From Candidatus Heimdallarchaeota archaeon (GTDB lineage: Archaea > Asgardarchaeota > Heimdallarchaeia > JABLTI01), in contig JAUWKS010000032.1 in NCBI GenBank assembly GCA_030614005.1, forward strand, positions 1 through 32,000: a stretch of 32,000 nucleotides of DNA. Reading direction: 5' to 3'. Below the pieces are notes generated by a model, which worked only from the letters and a program-made list of their open reading frames with translations, searched no databases and was not told the origin of the DNA. The translations under genes were made by a program, and so were the position numbers. This document shows positions 10,302 through 20,486 of the stretch, in pieces; the first letter of the stretch is position 1; each line of letters begins with the position of its first letter.

Positions 10302-11441
10302 ATGCGCTCTTTCTCTGTGAACCTTCACGACAAAATGTGCTCTCTCTGCAAAAAATCTTCCAGTACAATATCTGCTAAACTCGGTGTTTGTAAGCAATGT
10401 ATCTTGACTGATTTTAATGAAGCAATGAAAATTGTTGATGTTAATCGTCTCAAGTTTCGCAAATTGTATAATCTACCTGTTTTGAAACCAAACTCAAAAG
10501 CTGGTGTAAGTTGTGGTGATTGTGTTAATAATTGTATGCTAGCAGAAGGTGAGTTTGGTTTTTGTAATCTTGTTACCAATATTAATGGTAGAAAAGTGCG
10601 TATTGCTGGTGATAACATTAAGGGTGGTTTCTTCAGTTTTTATTATGATCCTTTGCCCAGTAATTGTGTTGCCGGTCCTTTCTGTCCTGGTTGCACTTCA
10701 AGTGGTTATCCAAAATACTCATATGCTAAAGGCCCAGAAATCGGTTGGAACAATCTTTCTGTCTTTTATCAATCATGTACCTATGATTGTTTGTTCTGTC
10801 AAAATTACCAATATCGAAAAGGTGTTCATCTTACGAGCCTCTCAATGCCAGATGTGCTGATTAAAGCTTTAAAACAAAACACAAGTTGTATCTATTTTTT
10901 CGGTGGAGACCCCTCTTCACAAATTAGGCATTCTATTGCTGTTGGTAAATTAGCTTTGGAGAAAGCGAAAAAGGAAAAACGAATTTTGCGGGTTTGTTGG
11001 GAAACAAACGGAAGTGCTAGACCTTCTCTTATGAAGCAAGCAGCTGGGATTGCTTTGAAGTCAGGTGGATCTATTAAAATCGATTTCAAAGCTTACGATG
11101 ATTGCTTAGTAAAAGCTCTCTGTGGCTCCAGTAATAAATTCACAATTAGAAATATACGTAACATTGGTTCAATGACTAGAAAAAGACCTGAAACTCCCTT
11201 GCTGGTTGTTAGTACCTTGCTAGTTCCTGGGTACATTGAAAAAGATCAAATCGAAAAAATAGCCAAATTCCTAATGGAAATCAACCCATCCATTCCATAT
11301 TCCTTACTTGCCTTTTACCCTGCATTTGTTATTGATGATTTACCAACTACATCAAGAAAGCATGCTGAAGAATGTTTTGCTATTGCTAAAGAAGTTGGTT
11401 TAGAAAATGTTTGGATAGGTAATAAACATCTCCTCAGGTAA
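10302..11441 (+). CDS. Radical SAM protein, PFL-activating-enzyme-like / AmmeMemoRadiSam-like
   Basis: CTYDCLFCQN (CxxxCxxC), N-terminal Cys clusters, FFGGDP, WETNG, TLLVPGY. Confidence 0.9.
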   Translation: MRSFSVNLHDKMCSLCKKSSSTISAKLGVCKQCILTDFNEAMKIVDVNRLKFRKLYNLPVLKPNSKAGVSCGDCVNNCMLAEGEFGFCNLVTNINGRKVRIAGDNIKGGFFSFYYDPLPSNCVAGPFCPGCTSSGYPKYSYAKGPEIGWNNLSVFYQSCTYDCLFCQNYQYRKGVHLTSLSMPDVLIKALKQNTSCIYFFGGDPSSQIRHSIAVGKLALEKAKKEKRILRVCWETNGSARPSLMKQAAGIALKSGGSIKIDFKAYDDCLVKALCGSSNKFTIRNIRNIGSMTRKRPETPLLVVSTLLVPGYIEKDQIEKIAKFLMEINPSIPYSLLAFYPAFVIDDLPTTSRKHAEECFAIAKEVGLENVWIGNKHLLR

Positions 11442-11497
11442 CGAACTTTCGAAGGAGAAAATAAAAAGAAATAATAAAATGAAAAGAGGAAAGTTGA

Positions 11498-11743
11498 TTA
11501 TTTCTTTCCTTCTAAACCGTATATGCAGAAATAACCGCCTTGAAGTTTATCTCTTGTGTAGATAGGACATCCAAAGCAAGTGCATCCTTTGTCAACAATT
11601 TTATCTGCCATCTCTGATTTTCCTCGAGCGCAGAAAAGGGCATGTGGAGCAACTTCTTTCAGTTTATTTTCTTTGAATGTTGGACATATACCACAAAAAT
11701 CTTTACAGATCTTCATATTTTCTTGTGTATCTTCAACTGGCAT
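11498..11743 (-). CDS. Small Cys-rich protein, DUF2769-like
   Basis: CGICPTF, LFCARGKS, GCTCFGCPIY, GYFC pattern. Confidence 0.8.
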   Translation of the reverse strand: MPVEDTQENMKICKDFCGICPTFKENKLKEVAPHALFCARGKSEMADKIVDKGCTCFGCPIYTRDKLQGGYFCIYGLEGKK

Positions 11744-11870
11744 AATTACTCACTCGTTATCTAAACGATACAGAGATTTGTTATAAAGATGTCTCTTAAA
11801 TAAATAAACTATTATTTGTTAGGTTAACTAAACATTTCAGAATACTCTTTATTGAGTATTCATCAACTCT

Positions 11871-12080
11871 TTACCTATTTTTAGTTGAGTATTTCCTTTT
11901 AATTTTAACAATAAACGTTAGTATAAAAATCGATGTACACAGAAGTAAAAATTGATGAGTAATGGCTATATTTCGAACTGAGTTAATGCTAATACCTTCT
12001 TCCAATTCATAGATGCCGATGTTTCCTAAGACATCTTCTGCAATGATTCTCAATCTATAATTGCCAATTGGTACTTGTTT
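11871..12080 (-). pseudogene. C-terminal remnant of an Ig-domain surface protein with TM anchor
   Basis: Frame reads KQVPIGNYRLRIIAEDVLGN (Ig-like GxYxLxIxAxDxxGN), then a hydrophobic helix and KRK tail; a stop lies immediately upstream. Confidence 0.6.
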
Positions 12081-12302
12081 TTATCACAGATTCTTCGTAA
12101 TAACTGTAGAAACTCCGGTCTAAAATGATTATCTCCACCTTCTCCTTGGATTGGTTCAATAATTAACGAAGCAATGTCTTGACTTTTCTTAGCTAGTACA
12201 TCTTCAATTTCCTTTAATGCTTGTTCCTCTAATGATTTGACTGTTTCAAGATGTTTTTCAATTGGAAAAGTGATTATCGGTGCTTGTAATTCTTGGCAAA
12301 TC
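12081..12302 (-). pseudogene. lat: Internal fragment of L-lysine 6-aminotransferase (class III aminotransferase)
   Basis: IIEPIQGEGGDNHFRPEFLQLLRRICD matches the LAT motif. DLPRIT joins APIITFP only through a 1-nt frameshift. Both termini and the PLP-binding part are absent. Confidence 0.8.
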
Positions 12303-12373
12303 AATACGAGAGAAAAGAGCAAAACTAATCACTTCTTCAGATAAAACAATATCAAAAAAGGATTAATCCTTGG

Positions 12374-12724
12374 GTGAGTAAATTGAAATCAGTAAAAGAG
12401 ATACCAAAACTAGAGAAAAAAAGATTTGAAGAATGGGCGGAAGAAATAATAGAAAAATATGCTATAAAAGAAACAGATACTCTCGAGAATGTCACTGAAT
12501 ATATAGCAAAATTCTTTGATGAACTCTTTGTAAATTACAAAATATCTTTCTCAGATATCCATCCTGATGGCATTTTTCCATTTGCATTAAATAGACTGGA
12601 TAAAAAACCAAGTTATGCGGACGAGAAATTTTTCGACGAGCTTTTCGAAGTGGAGAATCATTTGAGATGGACCTATACAATGGTATTGACAAAGTTATAT
12701 CGAGAAAAAGAATGCCCGTTTTGA
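12374..12724 (+). CDS. Hypothetical protein
   Basis: 116-aa ORF with charged helical composition; no motif recognised. Confidence 0.55.
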   Translation: MSKLKSVKEIPKLEKKRFEEWAEEIIEKYAIKETDTLENVTEYIAKFFDELFVNYKISFSDIHPDGIFPFALNRLDKKPSYADEKFFDELFEVENHLRWTYTMVLTKLYREKECPF

Positions 12725-12792
12725 TCGTTAAGTAATAAAAAATAGAAAAGAGCAATAGTATAACTCTATTGTTGCTATTGTAAATCTGTGTT

Positions 12793-13203
12793 TTAGAACA
12801 TGAATAGTAAGAAGGATAATATTGCACCTGATTGTAATATTCCCAGAATAAGCCCAATTACTGCTTTATTTCTATTGTAAGGATTTGATAAACCAATAAT
12901 GCCGAAAATAATTGCTAACAATCCTCCAATACCAGGTATGACAAATAAACCAATTATAGCAAAAACTAGTGATAGATCTGCAGCTTGATTCTTCTGGATG
13001 GATGCTTGAGTACTAGTTTGTACATAGGTTGTTTGTGTTGGTGTTCCAAATTGGTGTGTTGGCTGGTGATATGGTTGAGTTGGTTGAGCTTGAGTTGGAG
13101 TGCTTGGAGATACATTGCTATCTAAACTTGCTCCGCAATTATTACAAAATGACTCACCTGGTTTTGATATACTCCCACAGTAAGGACAATATGATTCCGA
13201 CAA
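12793..13203 (-). CDS. Zinc-ribbon / Gln-Pro-Thr linker / two-TM (DUF4190-like) protein
   Basis: CPYCG..CNNCG, low-complexity linker, two hydrophobic helices; TTG start after GAGGAG. Confidence 0.85.
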   Translation of the reverse strand: MSESYCPYCGSISKPGESFCNNCGASLDSNVSPSTPTQAQPTQPYHQPTHQFGTPTQTTYVQTSTQASIQKNQAADLSLVFAIIGLFVIPGIGGLLAIIFGIIGLSNPYNRNKAVIGLILGILQSGAILSFLLFMF

Positions 13204-13345
13204 AGTTGATTTCTCCTCAAATGTTAGACTATTATGTTAATACTATCTCTTAAATATTATAAATATCCTCATTCAATAAATGTTTCTTATACAAAATAGC
13301 TAAAGATTAAGAAGAAAAAATAAAAAAAAGGAATGATAATGTTGA

Positions 13346-13822
13346 CTAATACATATAGGGATAGTATGTTGTAAAGACTAGTACTAATAGGACAATTACT
13401 ATGATAGAAAGTACAATTCCTATTATATTTAATATTAAACCAGCTATTGATAATCCTTTCTTCGTTGGCGACTTATTCATTCCTACAATACCTAATATTA
13501 CTCCTACTACATAAAATACTGGTGTAATAAAAGCAAAAATAAATATTGAAATAAATCCAACAAATGCCATTACTAGTGATATTATTCCAAATACATCAGT
13601 CTGACTTGATGCAGGTTTTCCCGGTTGAACATAAGTTGTTTGAGCACTTGCTCCATATTGCTGTGTTGGAGGAGGGTAATGTTGTTGTTGAGGTGGTGGG
13701 GCTGGATAGCTTTGACTTGGTGTAGAACCAGGTATCGACTCAACTCTTGAACCACAAGAATTGCAAAATTCATTATTGATCTCTATTTCACTTCCACAAT
13801 GGGAACAATATGATTTTGTCAA
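13346..13822 (-). CDS. Zinc-ribbon / Pro-Gln-Tyr linker / two-TM (DUF4190-like) protein, tandem paralog
   Basis: CSHCG..CNSCG, shared QTTYVQ motif, two hydrophobic helices; TTG start after GGAG. Confidence 0.85.
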   Translation of the reverse strand: MTKSYCSHCGSEIEINNEFCNSCGSRVESIPGSTPSQSYPAPPPQQQHYPPPTQQYGASAQTTYVQPGKPASSQTDVFGIISLVMAFVGFISIFIFAFITPVFYVVGVILGIVGMNKSPTKKGLSIAGLILNIIGIVLSIIVIVLLVLVFTTYYPYMY

Positions 13823-14035
13823 TAAGATCTCTCCGAAAGTTTTTAGTTCCTATGATTATCTTCTTCGATTGGCAATATAAAGATAATCATTTCTATAAAC
13901 ATTTTCTATCTACTCATGCAAAACAAAATTTATTGTTATTATTTTTTAAGTAGATTGTCTTTAACCTATCTATTTTTCAATTTCCTCGTAATTTAGAGAG
14001 AAGGAATTAGCTAACCACTCTTCTGCATCTTCACT

Positions 14036-14572
14036 TCACTCAGATTTGGGTGCTGAACCTTTACCGTAATTCTCCTCCCTTCTTCTAGCCATAATTTCTG
14101 ATTTATCAATTTCCTCTACTAATTTACCGTTTTCAATTTTGAGTTCAAGAACAGTTTCATAAGCCATAGGGTTCTGGAATCCCATAAGGGCACCCATAGC
14201 TTCTACAAAATCCTTGCCAATAAGAACTGTTCTTGTGAAAGGCAATTTCAAAAATAATTCTGAATAATAAAATTTGAAGAAATTCCAATTAGATTCTATA
14301 CCCGGAGGTTTATTGAAATCGGGTTTGCCTAGTACTTTAGGTTTTTTATCATTGATTTTCTTCTCTTCTTCAAGATTAATAAATAAGGTATCAATTACAA
14401 GATGATCATCAATAATATTGTAAAATGCTTGATACCCACGCCAACAAGCAGTCATCGAAGAGTAAGGATCTAAATCGTGTTCTTTTGGTGAAAATAATTC
14501 ACCACCTCTTATTCCACAGATAGCAAATTTCTCTCCTTTATACAAAAATTTATCAGAAATTTGAATGGTCAT
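14036..14572 (-). CDS. Conserved hypothetical protein
   Basis: MTIQISD start and TACWRGY motif resemble a widespread uncharacterised family (recognition only). Confidence 0.7.
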   Translation of the reverse strand: MTIQISDKFLYKGEKFAICGIRGGELFSPKEHDLDPYSSMTACWRGYQAFYNIIDDHLVIDTLFINLEEEKKINDKKPKVLGKPDFNKPPGIESNWNFFKFYYSELFLKLPFTRTVLIGKDFVEAMGALMGFQNPMAYETVLELKIENGKLVEEIDKSEIMARRREENYGKGSAPKSE

Positions 14573-14821
14573 TAAAGAATCACAAACTATTTTTCATTTT
14601 TTGCTATAAAATCCTTTCTAAAAGGCCATAACTAAATTAGCGTGCTCTTTTCAAAATGAATGAAATCAGAAAAGGAGCATTTTTTCTAAGAAATTGCTGT
14701 TTTAGAGTTTCTCCCTGCCGAAATTCTCCAAAATGGCTCCAGTGGTATGCTTTTTCCCTAATATTTATTTAGTGTTAAGCTAAAGAAATAAGAAACTTAT
14801 AAAGTTAAAAAGGTCTTAAAA

Positions 14822-15079
14822 ATGCGTCCCCCTGAATGTGTAATTTGTGGCAATGATTTTGAACCAGGAGACAAAGGTGGAGTTTTAAATTTTAAAAAAC
14901 GCTTCTCAGATTACGTTTGGGAGCGAAAAATGAAGAGAATAGGTGGGGTAGGACACCCTCCATATGCAGAATGGTTCTGTGAGGAACATTATACTCGAGC
15001 AGAAGAGCTCACTAGTATGACGATCAATAAAGCAATGGAGATTTTAAGAGAAGAGGAAGAACAAAAGAAATCAAAATAA
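14822..15079 (+). CDS. Small hypothetical protein, probable zinc-binding
   Basis: CVIC ... GHPP ... WFCEEH ligand set. Confidence 0.7.
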   Translation: MRPPECVICGNDFEPGDKGGVLNFKKRFSDYVWERKMKRIGGVGHPPYAEWFCEEHYTRAEELTSMTINKAMEILREEEEQKKSK

Positions 15080-15109
15080 AAAATAAATTGTTTGGTTCCT
15101 TTCTCAAAC

Positions 15110-17512
15110 TCATTTCTTTCTTTGTTTTTGAGCACTGTTCTTAGGTGAAATTCTAAGAACAATCGTATCATCTTTCTTAATTTTGAAGTTGATTCCTGAT
15201 CTCTGAAGCTTCTCAAGGGTTGTTTCTTTGACATCAATTTCTGATTTATGATATTTGTAAACAACTTCTATTTTTAGAGCTGTTTTCTTAGGGAGACGAG
15301 TTTTCGCTGGAATGAGCACTCTAAAATTACCGGTTTTCTTCTTACCACGATTTAAGAGAAAAACAAATAGTGATTTCTTTTCTTTATTGAATCGGCAAAC
15401 TATTTCGATCTCTACATCTGAATTGAAAGTTTTATGCACATTGTGAAGCGCTAACATATCCTCCAGGAATTCTCTATTTTGTTGTTTAATTTTCTTGGAA
15501 TCACGATAGAAACTATCGATGACATATCTAGCACCAAGTGGGGTACCAAAGACAGTATTTGTTCCTTTCCCTATAGAATTCCTATAAGCAATCACTTTGT
15601 TATTAAGCTTCAAAACAGGAACAACATCTTCACTCTGCCACATAAACTCTCGAGCGAGATAATCAATGTGTAGCTTTTTACCATATTCGGTGCTAGCAGT
15701 TGTGCCCCAGGGCTTCCAATTTCGAAGAACATTTTCTCTTTCAGTCATTCTCAAATGATAAAGAGCGTTTTGATTGTAATTTTTTAGCAGTCCCTTTTGT
15801 AATTGGAATGTTACGTAAGAGCGAATTACTCGCATAATAATCGCATGTCTACCGAAGACTTTCTGATTGATTACTACAGCCGGATAGAGTTTCTGGGTAT
15901 TAAGTGGCCAACCGTGTTCATTCATAACAGGATAGTTTGGTCCAGTGACTAAATTTCCACCTGATTTAACATAATCGAGAAGTTTAGTGTAATCTGCTTT
16001 TACGATTGCACCTCGGTTGTGAAAGAAAATTGTCCGTAATTTCTTCATCTGTTTTAGCGAAACCCTTTCAAGAGCAAGTGGTTTTGGATTGTACCCATTA
16101 GCAAATAACATTCCCAGAATACCATGCTCAGCTTGCATCATGACTTTTTTCATTGGTCGGAGGATCTTGCCGGATGGATCAAGATCACCAGGAATAATGC
16201 GGTGATTCATTGCATAAGTAGCAAAACCAATTTCATCGTAGATCTCTTCAGAAAGCGTTAGCTCTTCCTCGTATTTCTCAACGAATTCAAAGACACTTTG
16301 TACTGCATCGAATCTTGAAAGTTTCTTGCTTTTATGATTTAACATTGAGCGATAGAGATACTTTTCGCCATCAATATCTATACCATCTCGAACAACATAC
16401 ATATTGATACCTTTGGCTCCATGAGCAATTGAACCTAGCATCAGCTGAACTGTTTCTTCATTTTTAACTCTAACACGGGGATCAAACCAACCACAACCCA
16501 TTTCGGAAGCAAATAATGCTTGATATTCCGGTCGGAGATAGCCTTTGAAAATAGTTGGAGTAATTGAATTAGCAAAAGGACTGTCTTGCGTTGAACCTGT
16601 AAGAGCGCTTTTAGCAGAAATATTATAACCGTAGATTTCCACTATTTGGGATTTCTTGTGAGGATTCGAAGGGTTGAAAAAATTACTTTGTTCATTAATG
16701 GCAAATAATAATGGGATATCTAATTCTAAAACTAAATCGCGTAAAGTTTCGAGATATTCAACGATCCAGTCCTCAAAGAATGATTGCCAAATCATTGATT
16801 TAGCGATGTTTAAACCGTCTTTAGGAGGAGTAACATCCTCAAAACAAAGATAACTTTCGACACAAAAAACGCTTAAGGTTTGAGGGTCACCAAAGAATTC
16901 CTCTAGCCAATTATGGAATTGCTCAATCGTTTCTTCATTGAAATCAATGCGACCAAGATTAGAATTATACATTAAACCCGTTTCGTTATCCAATTGGAAA
17001 ATGATAATAGGGCTTTCAAAGAAATCGCGAAGCTCATTGGCAAGTGTTTCATACCATTTGCGAACTAAAAAGAGGTATTTGGGATGATTAAGACTGATGT
17101 TATAATAGTAATTTTCCTTATCCATAGATCCATCGACTTTTCGAACAACAACTTCAGGATAGAGTTCGCCAACCCAAAGTGGGATGCCAAATCCCCGATA
17201 CTCAGAATAAATAAAGGGACCAGGACGGAAAATAACAGGAAGCTCAAGTTTTCGGCAGATTTCCAGAAATAAAACAACGTTCCGTCTTGGATGCGTTTTG
17301 CCTTCAAAATCAAAGGCATCCTTGTAAATTTCATGAAAGATCCAAGGAATATATGTAGAAATACAATTTAGTTTGCCTTCTTCCTTCAATAAACGTAAAT
17401 CGCTCTCCCAATGTTGGGGGTCTACTCTAAAATAATGATATTCACCCGATCTGAGGAAGACTTCTTCGCCATTCAATTGGAAACGGCCATCAAAGGAAGT
17501 TAATTGAAACAC
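15110..17512 (-). CDS. GH35-family beta-galactosidase / exo-beta-glycosidase
   Basis: SGEYHYFR, TYIPWIFHE, FRPGPFIYSE, QLDNE (acid/base), ASEM (nucleophile); GTG start after GGAGG. Confidence 0.9.
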   Translation of the reverse strand: MFQLTSFDGRFQLNGEEVFLRSGEYHYFRVDPQHWESDLRLLKEEGKLNCISTYIPWIFHEIYKDAFDFEGKTHPRRNVVLFLEICRKLELPVIFRPGPFIYSEYRGFGIPLWVGELYPEVVVRKVDGSMDKENYYYNISLNHPKYLFLVRKWYETLANELRDFFESPIIIFQLDNETGLMYNSNLGRIDFNEETIEQFHNWLEEFFGDPQTLSVFCVESYLCFEDVTPPKDGLNIAKSMIWQSFFEDWIVEYLETLRDLVLELDIPLLFAINEQSNFFNPSNPHKKSQIVEIYGYNISAKSALTGSTQDSPFANSITPTIFKGYLRPEYQALFASEMGCGWFDPRVRVKNEETVQLMLGSIAHGAKGINMYVVRDGIDIDGEKYLYRSMLNHKSKKLSRFDAVQSVFEFVEKYEEELTLSEEIYDEIGFATYAMNHRIIPGDLDPSGKILRPMKKVMMQAEHGILGMLFANGYNPKPLALERVSLKQMKKLRTIFFHNRGAIVKADYTKLLDYVKSGGNLVTGPNYPVMNEHGWPLNTQKLYPAVVINQKVFGRHAIIMRVIRSYVTFQLQKGLLKNYNQNALYHLRMTERENVLRNWKPWGTTASTEYGKKLHIDYLAREFMWQSEDVVPVLKLNNKVIAYRNSIGKGTNTVFGTPLGARYVIDSFYRDSKKIKQQNREFLEDMLALHNVHKTFNSDVEIEIVCRFNKEKKSLFVFLLNRGKKKTGNFRVLIPAKTRLPKKTALKIEVVYKYHKSEIDVKETTLEKLQRSGINFKIKKDDTIVLRISPKNSAQKQRKK

Positions 17513-17804
17513 TAAATGAATGCCTCCGGTTAAGCACTAAAGGAAAAAATATTCTCCTATAAGAACTTTAACTCAAGCTGGATATACAAATTAATTGCTC
17601 TAAGTAATGACATAAAAGTTTTATCATTAAAAATGACTCACAAACAATCGATAAAAAAACACCCAAACTGAATGGGAAAGAAGAAATCGGTAAAAGCAAA
17701 CGCTCATACTACTCGAGATGAAGAAGTAGCTGTATTCTATAACAATCTAAATTGAAAAAACTAAATATTGGCAAAGCGCATCATAAATTACTAGGTGATA
17801 GTTC

Positions 17805-19127
17805 TTGAAAACGAAAATAAAGAAGAGCATACTCTTATCGTTGACGCTTATTATTGCTATATTAATCGCTGGACAGTTTTCAAGAGAAACATATTCTTTT
17901 TTTGAAAGCTCAGAAGAAACGAATAATTTGAGCATTATTTTGATGATCGGTGATGGAATGGGTTTTGAACAGGTGAAACTAGGAAGGTGGGTAGAAAAAG
18001 GAATAACAACCAATTTTACAATGGAAAATCTGCATCTGAAACTAAATGTTTCGACAGTAAATATTGATGGAGATACAACAGATTCAGCAGCTGCTGCAAC
18101 AGCAATGGCAACAGGAAAAAAAGTGCAAAACAAAGTTCTTTCAGTGGATGAAAACGGAACGATACTAACAACAATGTTAGAAATCGCTCAAGAAATGGGA
18201 AAAGCAACAGGAGTAGTAACAACGACGAGCATACAACATGCAACACCTGCAGGGTTTATGACACACGTAACAAGCAGATATCTAACAGCAGAAATTTCAA
18301 GGCAAATAATTGAAGAAGCAAATGTAGATGTATTGTTAGGAGGGGGAGATTCAGATTTCACAGTAGAACAATATCTGATTATGGAGACAAATAACTACAC
18401 TATTGTAAGGGATAAAGCTGCGCTGATAGCAGCACCAATAGGAAAACTGATGGGTATTTTTGCTGATGGACACCTCCCATACGAACAAGAACGAGATTTA
18501 GCACTAACTCCATCTCTGGCACAAATGACCAGAAAAGCAATAGAAATATTAGATCAAAATAGTAAAGGCTTTTTCTTAATGGTGGAAGGAGGAAGGATAG
18601 ACCACGGAGGACATGCAAATAATCAAGTGAATGTTGCTCTCGAGACAATTGCTTTTGCAAAAGCAGTAAGGGAAGCAATAGCTTATGTGAAATCAAATGA
18701 GAATACAATATTGATAATAACTGCGGACCATGAAACTGGGGGATTAATGGTACAAAGTGAAAAACTAGACAGCACTCTACCACTATTTGGGTATACCGAG
18801 GATCAAAACAGAACAATACAAATTACTCGAGCAAATCAGATAACAGTAGAGTGGAGTAGAACAGGACATACGTCAAAACCAGTGCCACTATTTGGATACG
18901 GGAACGTATTTACCAGTTTGGAAAACAATATTCTCATAGATAATACAGAGATATTTAGAATAATGAACGGTTATTTTAACGGGTCATTGACTCAGATAAA
19001 TAGTACAACATTTGAAATGAAGAATCGCAACATAACATTACTATTACTACTACCAACAATAACAATATTTACTATCAGCTATAGAAAACTAAAAAGAAGA
19101 AAAAATCAACAAGTCATTAATAAGTGA
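17805..19127 (+). CDS. phoA: Alkaline phosphatase, exported, with C-terminal TM anchor
   Basis: MIGDGMG, DSAAAATA (catalytic Ser), HATPA, MVEGGRIDHGGH, TADHETGG; TTG start after AGGTGA. Confidence 0.93.
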   Translation: MKTKIKKSILLSLTLIIAILIAGQFSRETYSFFESSEETNNLSIILMIGDGMGFEQVKLGRWVEKGITTNFTMENLHLKLNVSTVNIDGDTTDSAAAATAMATGKKVQNKVLSVDENGTILTTMLEIAQEMGKATGVVTTTSIQHATPAGFMTHVTSRYLTAEISRQIIEEANVDVLLGGGDSDFTVEQYLIMETNNYTIVRDKAALIAAPIGKLMGIFADGHLPYEQERDLALTPSLAQMTRKAIEILDQNSKGFFLMVEGGRIDHGGHANNQVNVALETIAFAKAVREAIAYVKSNENTILIITADHETGGLMVQSEKLDSTLPLFGYTEDQNRTIQITRANQITVEWSRTGHTSKPVPLFGYGNVFTSLENNILIDNTEIFRIMNGYFNGSLTQINSTTFEMKNRNITLLLLLPTITIFTISYRKLKRRKNQQVINK

Positions 19128-19425
19128 CCCGCAAATCGCGAGTAGCAGCAACACCACGATGGGTTTCTTTCATTTGTTTTTCAATTAAACTACCATAAGG
19201 ACCAATAAGAACACTACCAACAATAATGTGGGATTTATCATTCTTGGAGAGACCATCTTCGTTAAATAAATACTCAAAAGAGGCAGAGATGCTACCATCA
19301 TGTAATTCTTTCATCTCCATAATTGTAAGCTCCTCAATCTCATATTCAGGTTTCAAAGGGTCAGCCCAACCGGTTCTATCACGGATAAACCGAAGGATGA
19401 TTTTCTTGGCTTCATCGAAGTTAAT
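19117..19425 (-). CDS. Hypothetical protein; possible ATT start at 19425 (the ORF track uses TTG at 19356)
   Basis: Frame is open upstream (INFDEAKKIILRFIRDRTGW); GGAGGA lies 6 nt before the ATT. Confidence 0.55.
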   Translation of the reverse strand: MNFDEAKKIILRFIRDRTGWADPLKPEYEIEELTIMEMKELHDGSISASFEYLFNEDGLSKNDKSHIIVGSVLIGPYGSLIEKQMKETHRGVAATRDLRVTY

Positions 19426-19624
19426 AGTGATTCCTCCAATAATTACTATTGGTAATGAACAAATATAATTTTATCTCATAAATTAACTAGTAGATAAATG
19501 ATTTGAGATAAAAAAAGAACCATTCATATTGAGGAGAATAATGATTAGCTAGTTTTTTAAGTAAAAGTGCTAGTAGACAGTACAACGGAAACAATAAGGG
19601 AAACATTTCTCATTGGGATAAACT

Positions 19625-20275
19625 TTGGCAGAACGTAAAGAAGAAAATTTTTGGGAATCGGCATTAGAATTCTTTCAAAAACAATCATTAACATTCAAAG
19701 TAGCAATTATTGTTATTTATACCATAATATTTGTTGGGACCGTAGGAGGACTCATCTCATTAATTGTATTTGGAATAGTTGAAGATTATGTGGGACAAAT
19801 ATTAATATTTTTTGTAGTTGTAATTGTAATATTATCTGGTATTTCATTTAGTTTCTTTTTCTTTATAGATAAGTTGGACGATAAAGTTCAAAATAGAAGA
19901 CATAACCGAAAAAGAAGAAAACAAATAAGAGAGTTAGGTTTTGACAGATTAGAGGACGGAGAACAGGCATTATCTTCTGAGGAATTAGAAGAAAGATATA
20001 ACCAAAGGTTAGCAATGAGGCAAAATAGTGAAAGAAGAAGACCAGTAATAGCATTACTGAATGAAAGACCATCAAATGAAACTTTGCTGAAAAAAATGAC
20101 CTTCAAAGGAGATATTGCCGGAGAAAAATGTTCAATATGCAAATTGGATCTGAGGAAAAAACAGACTATTGTCCAATGCCCGAAATGTCATGCGCTGTTC
20201 CATAATGATCATTTGAGTAATTGGTTTGAAAAAAACAATGATTGCCCAGTATGTGATGAAATATTAGTAAAATAG
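19625..20275 (+). CDS. Membrane-anchored RING-type zinc-finger protein (putative E3 ligase)
   Basis: Two N-terminal TM helices, a charged linker, then C-x2-C-x12-C-x2-C-x4-H-x2-H-x10-C-x2-C with the RING Trp (HLSNWFEKNNDCPVC). Confidence 0.85.
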   Translation: MAERKEENFWESALEFFQKQSLTFKVAIIVIYTIIFVGTVGGLISLIVFGIVEDYVGQILIFFVVVIVILSGISFSFFFFIDKLDDKVQNRRHNRKRRKQIRELGFDRLEDGEQALSSEELEERYNQRLAMRQNSERRRPVIALLNERPSNETLLKKMTFKGDIAGEKCSICKLDLRKKQTIVQCPKCHALFHNDHLSNWFEKNNDCPVCDEILVK

Positions 20276-20486
20276 GAATTGCTTATTGAGAAGTGGGAAG
20301 ATAGTAAAAGCAACACTAGGCTTACCAGAAAAATTGATAATATTTTATGCAAAAAATAAGCAGTGCTATTGGAAGTACAAGTCTTTATTTGTTGGGAAAA
20401 ATAATTCTGGAGAGGGAAGAGCTGAGAAAGAAACAACAAATAGTGCAATTACAAATTCATAGTTATTTCAAGAAAGATTGTTCCTG

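Noticed and set aside
20290-20462. 58-codon plus-strand ORF after the RING gene
   Set aside because: No motif, SD or paralog support; cannot be distinguished from chance.
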